Below are positions 39,724-47,500 of a DNA stretch of 59,819 nucleotides, one piece after another. Made by a program: the position numbers and the translations under genes. The stretch is from an uncultured virus (IMG/VR IMGVR_UViG_3300046471_000229) (Duplodnaviria > Heunggongvirae > Uroviricota > Caudoviricetes). Where the stretch lies: the IMG/VR virus record IMGVR_UViG_3300046471_000229. One strand, given 5' to 3'. The notes below the pieces were generated by a model. It worked only from the letters and a program-made list of their open reading frames with translations, was not told where the DNA came from and did no database searches. Positions within the stretch are counted from its first letter, which is position 1. Each line of letters begins with the position of its first letter.

Positions 39724-40155
39724 TCAGACGGTGTCAGGGGTCAGGGTGAAACCCAGTTTGACGGCCTGGTTGCCAAGCAGCTGCATGAAAGCGTCATAAT
39801 CCACCGAGGTGTAGGACGGCCAACTGCAACCCAGGAAAAACTGCGAGATGGTCATCAGTAGCAATTCCCGAGAGCGCAGCTCATCGAGGGAATTGGTCGA
39901 CAGCTCGATCCGTGCCATTGGGAACATGTCAAAAATTGTTTGAAGCTGACCCTTACCGAATTCGATCCCGCACACATCTTGTGCATAGCGACTGAATCCG
40001 CCCCAGGCCTCTTCACTCGGCTTCGCATTGATCTGCTCAAGGTAGAACGCCGCATTGTCACGCGTGGATTCCAGGATGTTTTCGCTGGCCGAATCCTTTG
40101 GCTTACCGTCTACGCCAAAGAGCCCCATGGCCTGTTTTGCACTCATGACATACAT
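39724..40155 (-). CDS. Hypothetical protein (same family)
   Basis: FDMFPMARIEL...ISQFFLGCSWP...VDYDAFMQLL. Confidence 0.75.
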   Translation of the reverse strand: MYVMSAKQAMGLFGVDGKPKDSASENILESTRDNAAFYLEQINAKPSEEAWGGFSRYAQDVCGIEFGKGQLQTIFDMFPMARIELSTNSLDELRSRELLLMTISQFFLGCSWPSYTSVDYDAFMQLLGNQAVKLGFTLTPDTV

Positions 40156-40186
40156 CGATTGTCCTCTTGATTGATAAGTTGTCCAG

Positions 40187-40477
40187 TCAGCGCAGGCACG
40201 CGATGGCCCGGTCTAAATCCCACCATGGGACTTTTCCCGTCACTGCCTGACGGTACCGGCTGAGCAGACTCCAACCCCTGACGCCAAACACCAGCCCGCC
40301 GAGCTGGATGAAAAGTCCTGTCCAGCGCAGCCCTGTCTGGACACGAATCAAGGTCTCTGCACCCAAGAAGACAATCAGCGCTGCAATGACGAAGTCGATG
40401 ACAATGACCACCACAACGCAGTTGGCATCCGTGAGGTCAAGTTTCGTTACCTTGCCGATAAAATCTCGCAGTTTCAT
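40187..40477 (-). CDS. Small membrane protein
   Basis: Two TM segments. Confidence 0.65.
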   Translation of the reverse strand: MKLRDFIGKVTKLDLTDANCVVVVIVIDFVIAALIVFLGAETLIRVQTGLRWTGLFIQLGGLVFGVRGWSLLSRYRQAVTGKVPWWDLDRAIACLR

Positions 40478-40782
40478 GGCAGAAGCCCATACCTGGTTGG
40501 TTTTACGTCACGACAATGAGTTGTCAAAAGACCGGCGCTTGGTTATGGCAATTGATGACAATTGTTACTGACCCGACTGTATGCTGATCATCCCTTGAAT
40601 TGTCTAATGATGTCATTTTTAGTTGCGAATGGACAGCCATTGCCCGACAAAATCTGTAAATAAAGACCAGGTTGGCTGGCGAGCTGAGCGCGGTGTTGGG
40701 AAGTGAGGATTTCCACCACCCACCAGCCGTGAGTGTAAGCCCGCTGCCGGATGAAGCGCCGGCAACGGGAGGGTGTCGACCT

Positions 40783-41383
40783 CTACAGCAACAGCTTACT
40801 GATCTGCTTGCCTCGGCGATCAAGGTGCTTCCACTTCATCTTGAACGACGTGGACTCGATACCGCCAAACATCGCCGCATTGGCGTGCACTTCACAGAAC
40901 CCGGTGATCAGCAGCGAAGCTGCTTCCGGCCTGGCTGCGAAGTCGGCTACCCCTTCTCCTTTTAACAAATGCACATCCATGTCCATCCCCATCAAGCGGG
41001 CTGCCTCGGCGGTGCCGACTTGGTTCCAGATGGCCTCAGACCAGGCCGCGTGATCCGGGAAGTGCACACGCCCCTCCAGATCCGTCGTTCGACAGTAAGG
41101 TTTACCGCAGTCATGGAAGACCTGGTACTCCTCCAGGATCGTTTCAGGGACGAGGTTCAACCACAATGCAGGGCTCAAGATCCACTCCGGCAGTTTCCAT
41201 TCCAGGCGTAGCCGGCTACCGCTTTGCACATGGGACTTCAGGTCAAGGAAATAGTCATGGACTGACTGGCCATGGGCCATAACAGACAGGCCTGAGGTTT
41301 GCTCACATGCCTGCATATCATCGATGACGGTGTTCAGTGTTAGGTCGGAGCGCGGTCTAATCCGTGCGCAAGAGCTACAACAT
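40783..41383 (-). CDS. HD-domain protein, predicted to need a +1 shift after ATG TTG (at TAGC)
   Basis: HGQSV...YQVFHDCGKP...HFPDHA HD motifs. The AAGGAA RBS sits before ATG 41383; the +1 frame is open from 41382 into the called ORF at 41316, which has no RBS. Confidence 0.75.
41351..41383 (-). repeat. 33-bp recoding-leader repeat, copy 2
   Basis: ATGTTGTAGCTCTTGCGCACGGATTAGACCGCG, identical to 42389..42421. Confidence 0.95.
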
Positions 41384-41515
41384 CTCGGTATTCCTTTTTC
41401 TCGATTTCAGATTATAAACCAGTGATAACATGCTGATTTAACTGACTTTAGTATCCATAGTTTTAGCAATCACGACCTGCCGACGGCTGGTGGCAGGCCA
41501 TTGCGCTCGAGTTGA

Positions 41516-41881
41516 TTAGCTCGCCAAGGCTTGTTCCAGGCTAGCTTTCAACTCATCGAGGGGCATCCCTTCCGGTACGAAGCGAGACAAATCCTTTTTC
41601 ACCCATGCCGGCTGTTTCTCAGGGGTGTAGTCGGTGATTTTTGCCAATACAATTTTCAGCTCACGCTTGGCATTGTCATAACCTGCCGGATGGCTTGCTT
41701 TGCGGTAGTCGGAACCACGCAGTGCGGCATAAACCACAAAGTCACGCAGGGTGAGCTTCTTCGGGCGGTAACCGTACTCGTTGACCACCTCACGTTTCAG
41801 GTTCTCAGGGGCGGTCAGCAGCCCCTTGGTGTGGGCGATCATTGCTTTGCGAGCGGCGGTGAATTCGATGAAAGTAGTCAT
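41516..41881 (-). CDS. Hypothetical protein in the tRNA-Pth2-HD operon
   Basis: AAGAGG RBS before ATG 41881; LRDFVVYAALRGSDYRKA. Confidence 0.75.
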   Translation of the reverse strand: MTTFIEFTAARKAMIAHTKGLLTAPENLKREVVNEYGYRPKKLTLRDFVVYAALRGSDYRKASHPAGYDNAKRELKIVLAKITDYTPEKQPAWVKKDLSRFVPEGMPLDELKASLEQALAS

Positions 41882-41922
41882 TGGTGTATCCTCTTTTGGG
41901 TTTTTTGTGGTTGTTGGTTTGG

Positions 41923-42421
41923 TTACAAACACTGGAATTTTTTGGTGAGTTCTTTGGCTTCAGCTTTCGTGCAGGGGCCAATCCCCAATGCAGTGATCAC
42001 TGGAGTACCGTCAAAATGTGGAGGGAGTATGTGGTGGCTGTCAGACACCAGGGCACAAGGAATCCCCCGCTCACGCGCCAGATCGCACGCTTTAAGCAGG
42101 TCTTCTTGCTTTTTGGTTTTCATTGCGACTTTTGATCCACCATACTCATGGTTTCGGTAGCGTGCGGCACGCTCCGGATCAATTCGTTCGGCTTCTTTGA
42201 GGCTGTCGCCAAAAGCATGTCCAAGCTGCGCCCCGAGCTTACCGACAGGCATCTCGAGCGACATTGGAATGATGGCGTAGATGTACAGATGATCGACGTT
42301 AGCAGCCGGCCTGTTATTCGCCAGGTGCAAAGCCAAATCTTTAGGGGATATCGATTTGAGGTCGATATTTTCAAGCGGGTCGATGAATCGCGGTCTAATC
42401 CGTGCGCAAGAGCTACAACAT
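41923..42421 (-). CDS. Peptidyl-tRNA hydrolase type 2 (Pth2-like), predicted to need a +1 shift after ATG TTG (at TAGC)
   Basis: MPVGKLGAQLGHA...KVAMK...LVSD...GTPVITALGIGP PTH2 signature; +1 frame open from 42420 into the called ORF at 42336. Confidence 0.8.
42389..42421 (-). repeat. 33-bp recoding-leader repeat, copy 1
   Basis: Identical to 41351..41383; begins exactly at the ATG. Confidence 0.95.
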
Positions 42422-42476
42422 GTCAGTTCATCTCATTTAAAGGGCTTTCTTTGGGTGAAAGCCGTAACCCTTAATT

Positions 42477-42566
42477 TGGTGCATAGGAGGGGATTCGAAC
42501 CCCTGATGGTATTGCTACCCAGACGTTAGCAGTGTCTGTGCCTTTGGCCGCTCGTGCCACCTACGC
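42477..42566 (-). tRNA. Atypical class II tRNA, anticodon GCU (Ser-like) within an enlarged loop (GCUA)
   Basis: GCGTAGG/CCTATGC acceptor + A + encoded CCA; D arm with GAGCGGCCAAAGG; CAGAC-ACTGCTAAC-GTCTG anticodon arm; GGTA-GCAA-TACC variable arm; AGGGG-TTCGAAT-CCCCT T arm. Confidence 0.9.
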
Positions 42567-42578
42567 TTTGTGTTTGAG

Positions 42579-42607
42579 AGCATAGGGCCATCAGACTTAG
42601 TCGTCAA
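42579..42607 (-). promoter_or_regulatory. Sigma70 promoter of the tRNA operon
   Basis: TTGACG-17 nt-TATGCT ending 12 nt upstream of tRNA G1. Confidence 0.75.
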
Positions 42608-42634
42608 TACATGCCGAATAATATTTTTGAAAGT

Positions 42635-43225
42635 TTATCGTGATGGCCCATCCATAGCGACCACCCTGCTCTTCTCATCCGGAACCACCAGCTGATCGGG
42701 GTGCTTCTCCATAATTGTCTTCATGATGGCCACACCGTCAAAGAGACTTAACCCGTCCTCCTGGAGCTCGATGGCCTGCTCAGCAGTTAGCTCGGCCAGC
42801 ATGATCGCCCGTTCTGGTTCGAAGCATACCGATATAACGTCTTCACTCGACTCAAAGTCGAGCACGTCATAGCCCTCGCTAAGCAGACGCGCACGTAACG
42901 CCACGAATGACGCTTTGTCTGCGAGTTGCACCCCATCGTCGCGTCCGTAAAACCCGGCACGGTCTATGTCGCTGAACGGTTTTTGGCAGGGGATGGCCAG
43001 GACGTACACATGCTCATAATCCCCTTCGCCCAACTCACCGGCATTTCGAGCGTATTCAGCCGCGTTTGCGGGGATTTCTGAAGTGAACAGACCTAGTCCG
43101 GTGTTCAGGTCACTACCGCGACCCATTCCCGCAGAGGTGAATGCTGTGATCTTTTGGGCACTGCCATGGAAGCCGATCCGGTAATCACCGGCTTCCAACA
43201 GCTTGAGGATTTCGTGATGAGGCAC
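42635..43225 (-). CDS. ART-PolyVal-like protein
   Basis: GFHGS...F.......GLGLFTSE....AAEYA...VYVLAI...RARLLSEGYDVL. Confidence 0.55.
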   Translation of the reverse strand: MPHHEILKLLEAGDYRIGFHGSAQKITAFTSAGMGRGSDLNTGLGLFTSEIPANAAEYARNAGELGEGDYEHVYVLAIPCQKPFSDIDRAGFYGRDDGVQLADKASFVALRARLLSEGYDVLDFESSEDVISVCFEPERAIMLAELTAEQAIELQEDGLSLFDGVAIMKTIMEKHPDQLVVPDEKSRVVAMDGPSR

Positions 43226-43312
43226 AGAGGTTCTCCAGGGAGCGCTTGTGCCTTCATCGTAACAGCGCCGCGCCCATCGATGCCATCCTGGCTGTGGCCC
43301 GGCACCTGGTGG

Positions 43313-43777
43313 CTAGGCGACGCGAGATACTGAACTATCAGTGTTGATTGGCCGACCTTGCTCGTCCCGATTAACGCTGGCGCTGGCCAACAGCCTGGCG
43401 GTGAGCTCAGCGGGCAATTTAAGCTTTTTGATGTGATGAGCAATGTCGCTGATCAACTGGGCTTGATTCGCCAAGTCTTGCGCCATCTGCGCCCTATCCT
43501 CAACCAGCTCTTCGATTTTTGGCGTGGTGGCTACCTTCAAGCTATCCAGCCGGTGCTTGGCCATCAGCGCAGTTGACACCGGCCCGTCAACCTGGTTGGG
43601 ATCTTTACTGCTGTCAAAGATCCAGTGGCGAAGCTGCCCGGCCACCATGTCGGCAGCTTGGCGCTCGACCTCCGAATAGGCCACTGGGTTATTGGCAATG
43701 GACTCGCAGAACGCCTTGGTAATTTTGAGGCTGTCCACAGTAGTAGTTACAGGGGTGCTGGAGGAATTTTGACTCAT
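43313..43777 (-). CDS. Hypothetical protein
   Basis: 154 aa, coupled to the upstream gene. Confidence 0.7.
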   Translation of the reverse strand: MSQNSSSTPVTTTVDSLKITKAFCESIANNPVAYSEVERQAADMVAGQLRHWIFDSSKDPNQVDGPVSTALMAKHRLDSLKVATTPKIEELVEDRAQMAQDLANQAQLISDIAHHIKKLKLPAELTARLLASASVNRDEQGRPINTDSSVSRVA

Positions 43778-44274
43778 GACGGATTCTTTTCTTCTTTGGC
43801 GGCTTCGGTAGGGGTTTGGGAGGTCAACGGCTCACGCTTGAGTACGACCGACCCAGGGTAAGGCAGGGCCAATTCCTGGCGAATGCACAGCGCAATCTGG
43901 TCTTCGAACAGATTGCGAAATCCCATACGCCGGTCAAAGTAAAACACCGGCACTAAGACAAGACCCAAGATCCCCAGGGTGAAAGAGGTACTGTACCAAG
44001 TGCCGATCAGACTGAGTGGATTCGCGGTATAGCTCGCCCATAAGCTGGCGTCCATACCGTTCGAAGCGACCATGTGCCCCGTCACCAAAATCATTACAGC
44101 CAGGCTCGTCACCGTTACCCGAATGCAGAGCTCGAGGGCGCAGAGCAGCCAATTAAATGCCTGCTTGATGTACAACAACTTGCGGCTTCTGACGTCGTCG
44201 CAAATGGCTTCGTAACGGTCATCCGCCAATGTTCCTACGCGCACATCATTCATAAAAACTTGCCAGGTGCTCAT
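43774..44274 (-). CDS. Membrane protein
   Basis: Two TM segments; ATGA overlaps. Confidence 0.7.
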   Translation of the reverse strand: MSTWQVFMNDVRVGTLADDRYEAICDDVRSRKLLYIKQAFNWLLCALELCIRVTVTSLAVMILVTGHMVASNGMDASLWASYTANPLSLIGTWYSTSFTLGILGLVLVPVFYFDRRMGFRNLFEDQIALCIRQELALPYPGSVVLKREPLTSQTPTEAAKEEKNPS

Positions 44275-44672
44275 GGTGCCTTGACCTCTTTAGCTGTCGT
44301 TTGGTTATCACTTCGAGCTCGTGCAGCGTAGGCATCACACAGGCCGCTTCGATCTGGATCGGTGAGCATTTCGGTAAAACGAATGTCCTGAATTTTTTCC
44401 GACAACGACGGCTGCTGACGCTCCATCACGATGAGCAACGCCTTGTCTTCGAAGGAAAGCTCCAGAGGCACGCTGGAGACGCCGAGGTTAAGGCAACGCA
44501 TGATCACGCTGTCTTGGCCTTCATGGGTAATGTAAATGCCCAGGCCGTAGATGTAGGCGTTCCTGAGGCCATGGGTAACGCCTACGGCGGCCCACCACAC
44601 ACCGCAAAGCACTACGCACCAGATCAGGACGTACTTGATAAACGGAGCTTTGTGCAGATACTGCTTACTCAT
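44271..44672 (-). CDS. Membrane-anchored hypothetical protein
   Basis: Likely ATG 44672; N-terminal TM segment. Confidence 0.65.
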   Translation of the reverse strand: MSKQYLHKAPFIKYVLIWCVVLCGVWWAAVGVTHGLRNAYIYGLGIYITHEGQDSVIMRCLNLGVSSVPLELSFEDKALLIVMERQQPSLSEKIQDIRFTEMLTDPDRSGLCDAYAARARSDNQTTAKEVKAP

Positions 44673-45063
44673 GACTGCTGCCCGCCTCAAGATCTTTACG
44701 CTTAGGTACGTTGGATTCGATGATGTGGCAGATTTGTGCCCGCTGACCTCTGGTCAATCCGTTTTCAAAGAATGCCACGTATTGACTCATTTTGTAGTCA
44801 GGCATCCCCAGGCCCATGCTCAGCGCCGCCAGTGGCGCTCGAGTGCCTGGATAATTCTGCGTCGCATTGGCCAGCGTACGGCGCAGTTGCCGATACCCGT
44901 CAGACTCAGGAGGGCCAATCCTCAGGCTGTAGCACTGGTCGACCAGATTATCGTAATGCGGATCACCGTAATGCACCTGGCGATACTCGTCGGCGAAGTT
45001 GTATCCGACATACCCGATCATCGCAGCGAGAACAGCATAAATGACAATATCAAGTCTCGACAT
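44665..45063 (-). CDS. Membrane-anchored hypothetical protein
   Basis: N-terminal TM segment; C..L...LTRGQRAQIC. Confidence 0.7.
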   Translation of the reverse strand: MSRLDIVIYAVLAAMIGYVGYNFADEYRQVHYGDPHYDNLVDQCYSLRIGPPESDGYRQLRRTLANATQNYPGTRAPLAALSMGLGMPDYKMSQYVAFFENGLTRGQRAQICHIIESNVPKRKDLEAGSSHE

Positions 45064-45206
45064 GATGTCTGAATGACGCCTCAGCCAGTATGTAAATAAC
45101 CATTACAGGTGCCCTACCGCACTACGAGGAGCGCTGCACCGAGTGCAATAAATGCGAAGGCGAGCACCTTCCACAGAATTCGTTCCAGCCGTATGGTGTG
45201 CATGGC

Positions 45207-45557
45207 TCATCCCGCTTTCGGAGTCGTTGAGGCCTGTGCCGGTACAGGCAATTTAGAAAGCGACGTGCAGAGACCCTGGCGCGCTCCTGGCGTCAGTTCT
45301 CGTTGCGAGGCGTAAGACCCGACGACCGCCGCGTGCTGATCATCGATATTGGCGATTTCGCCCAGCGTCCAGATCACCGATGACGAGACTGGACGATCAG
45401 TCAGCGACACCTCCAAATTCCAACACATTTCCGCAATCGCTGTACTGCCAAGAGGCTGACGCGGCTGCGAATCAGGGAAGTATTTGTACAACAGGTTGGC
45501 ACTAATGAAGAGGCCAACGAGGAGGTAAACAGGTAGAAATCGTTTGAAATGTTTCAA
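45207..45557 (-). CDS. Membrane-anchored hypothetical protein
   Basis: N-terminal TM segment; CWNL...LTPGARQGLC. Confidence 0.65.
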   Translation of the reverse strand: MKHFKRFLPVYLLVGLFISANLLYKYFPDSQPRQPLGSTAIAEMCWNLEVSLTDRPVSSSVIWTLGEIANIDDQHAAVVGSYASQRELTPGARQGLCTSLSKLPVPAQASTTPKAG

Positions 45558-45811
45558 GACACGTTGCTCTGATTGGTCACCTGGACTTCAGTGCTGCTCA
45601 TAGACACCCTGCACTGGCCCTCTGTCAATCGCCCGTAGAGGTAGGCACTACGCAAAAGAAGGACTACACCTAAGAGGCAGGTGATGATGGTGAAATTGGT
45701 CAATCCAATGGTTTCGTCCCGCAGAATCCCGTTTATACCCACGCCAAAGCTGAAAACGCCGCCAATGAAATGGGTTGCCAGGTGCTGATTATTCTTATGG
45801 TTCTGGGTCAT
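45554..45811 (-). CDS. Small membrane protein
   Basis: Likely ATG 45811; two hydrophobic segments. Confidence 0.55.
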   Translation of the reverse strand: MTQNHKNNQHLATHFIGGVFSFGVGINGILRDETIGLTNFTIITCLLGVVLLLRSAYLYGRLTEGQCRVSMSSTEVQVTNQSNVS

Positions 45812-45959
45812 GGCGAGATTCCTAAGTGCAAGGAACCCCCTTCGGGGGGTGGATGGATGAATCATGCCAGATCACCTCAAATTTCCAACCCCCTAGTGGC
45901 AATTTATATCAATTATTTACTCAGAACCTATCCAGACCAGGCAGCGGCCAACGATCTTT

Positions 45960-46598
45960 TCAGGGAGTGTAATCTGAACCACTTTCGCGCTCGCGGATTA
46001 CTCGTTCCTTTGCCCTTCGGGCCTGAAGGATCTTTTCCAGGCCTGGCTTGATCAGATCCATGTACACGCGGGCCTCAGCCACGGACTCCTTGATATCGTC
46101 CATGGCGCGGTGGCATCTAGCTTTCACCGGTTCGAATTCAGGAGAAATCAGCTGAATGAAACGTTTGACGGAGGAGATGTCACCGTTTTGGTAGTGCAGG
46201 TGATCGCTGAGCAGCGGTAGCTTGGCCTCGATGAAAACGCGATCTAGATAAACGCTGTTACCCCACAGCGCGGTCTGTCTGGCCTCGATATGATGCTTGG
46301 CGAAGAACTCCAGAATGGTATCCTGGGCCTGCTCATGGGTCACAGAGGATGCTGCGCAATCATCCCAGAGACCGTTCTTCGTGTGCATGTTGAGGACATA
46401 TTCATCTGCCCAGTACTGCGCCTCTTCCCTGTCGTGGCCGATGACCAGGTTCAGTTCATCAACGTACTCCAGGTCTTTGTTGGTGATCAGAACAGCAATC
46501 TCCAACAGCTTGTGCTGGTAGACCCCCCTTCTGTTGAGTTCGGTAAACCCTGTGGTTTCCAAATCCAGCCAGGCCAAGCGCTCTTCTTTTTCTTTCAT
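45960..46598 (-). CDS. orn: Oligoribonuclease (DEDDh), divergent, with C-terminal extension
   Basis: LAWLDLETTG...LLEIAVLIT...MHTKNGL...GNSV..DR.F....LP...LHY...DISS...HRAMDDIKESV.E. Confidence 0.88.
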   Translation of the reverse strand: MKEKEERLAWLDLETTGFTELNRRGVYQHKLLEIAVLITNKDLEYVDELNLVIGHDREEAQYWADEYVLNMHTKNGLWDDCAASSVTHEQAQDTILEFFAKHHIEARQTALWGNSVYLDRVFIEAKLPLLSDHLHYQNGDISSVKRFIQLISPEFEPVKARCHRAMDDIKESVAEARVYMDLIKPGLEKILQARRAKERVIRERESGSDYTP

Positions 46599-46749
46599 GA
46601 TCAATCCTCAAAATATCAGGAGGACTGCGATGCCTGCACCCAGTCTTATCCTTTGAAGTGAATCCCAGCATATCAACATCGGTTACCCAGACGCCACGGC
46701 ACCAGGGAGATAGACTTCGACTCGCCTATCTCTCCCCTTTTTGAAGAGC

Positions 46750-46783
46750 AAAAGAAAACCCGCCGAAGCGGGTCTCTTTTTTT
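46750..46783 (-). terminator. Intrinsic terminator
   Basis: Minus strand ACCCGC-TTCG-GCGGGT followed by TTTCTTTT; U-tract also present on the plus side. Confidence 0.8.
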
Positions 46784-46784
46784 A

Positions 46785-47362
46785 CACATTTGCCTTTCGG
46801 CCAACAGCAGCTCCGGACACCACTTTCGAATCGCCTTGTGCGATTACGGATTTCTCCGCTGGGGAACGTTCAATCTCATCCGGTCAGTCGTTCCGATTGC
46901 ATCGCCACGTCTAGCGACATTTCTCTGGCCGCATCGGCTGCCATTAATCCGAATTCAACCTCATTACCGCCTACGGGCTCGGCCTTTTTACAGGCTAGGA
47001 CAGCCCCACGTCTGGTTCGGGTTGCTGTTTTTGCAGGGAGGTCGCACCGACTACTTAGCTCGGGCTTTCGCCAGGGTTCGCATTCCGACCAACTGTTGCC
47101 AGGCCGCCGCCTCCGATGGAGTGTGCAGCTCTCCATCCGTCCAACATCCGGGCCTTGCTGCACGGGGAAACCGGAAACTGGTCTTACGCTGCTTTCCATT
47201 ACGAGATGTGCCAATGACGGATAAGGAGGTTCTGATTGCCGCCGTATGATCGCCATGAGTCGTATCCGGCCTTTCGATAACCAAGGTCTCACCCTGTGCA
47301 GCGAATCTGCATGCGATCTGCCAGGGTTCCTGCATGCTGCGCTTGGTTATCTGTCTCGATCA
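46785..47362 (-). ncRNA. Candidate large structured non-coding RNA (~580 nt)
   Basis: Lies between a promoter and a terminator with no credible CDS; perfect 10-bp helix GATAACCAAG/CTTGGTTATC and several GNRA-capped hairpins. Confidence 0.6.
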
Positions 47363-47370
47363 GAAATCCA

Positions 47371-47400
47371 ATATTAATGGATCACGATGCAGTTTGACAA
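47371..47400 (-). promoter_or_regulatory. Sigma70-like promoter for the ncRNA candidate
   Basis: TTGTCA-18 nt-TAATAT. Confidence 0.5.
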
Positions 47401-47500
47401 TTCTCTTTCAATGTCGAGGCGGAATTTCCCTGCCAAATTTTTTATGGAAACCAATCACCCAGTAAAGTATCGTCGACAAAAATAATAAGAGGCGGCAACC

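Noticed and set aside
41351..42421. 33-bp direct repeat as a CRISPR repeat or att site
   Set aside because: Only two copies 1 kb apart, each starting exactly at a gene's ATG; no cas or integrase gene, and the repeat is not part of the tRNA.
41316..42421. Simple in-frame amber readthrough of the leaders
   Set aside because: Frame 0 meets a second TAG and then TGA in both genes; the catalytic ORFs are in the +1 frame.
40783..42421. Pth2 and HD genes as pseudogenes or sequencing errors
   Set aside because: The same offset occurs at an identical non-homopolymer site in two unrelated genes whose catalytic motifs are intact; read-level confirmation is still desirable.
42477..42566. tRNA-Sec, tRNA-Pyl or 8/4 or 9/3 allo-tRNA
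   Set aside because: No UCA anticodon, the acceptor and T arms are canonical 7/5, and CUA is not centred after U33.
46790..47335. Overlapping ORFs of 94-144 aa on both strands
   Set aside because: No RBS or recognisable motifs and atypical composition; better explained as structured RNA.
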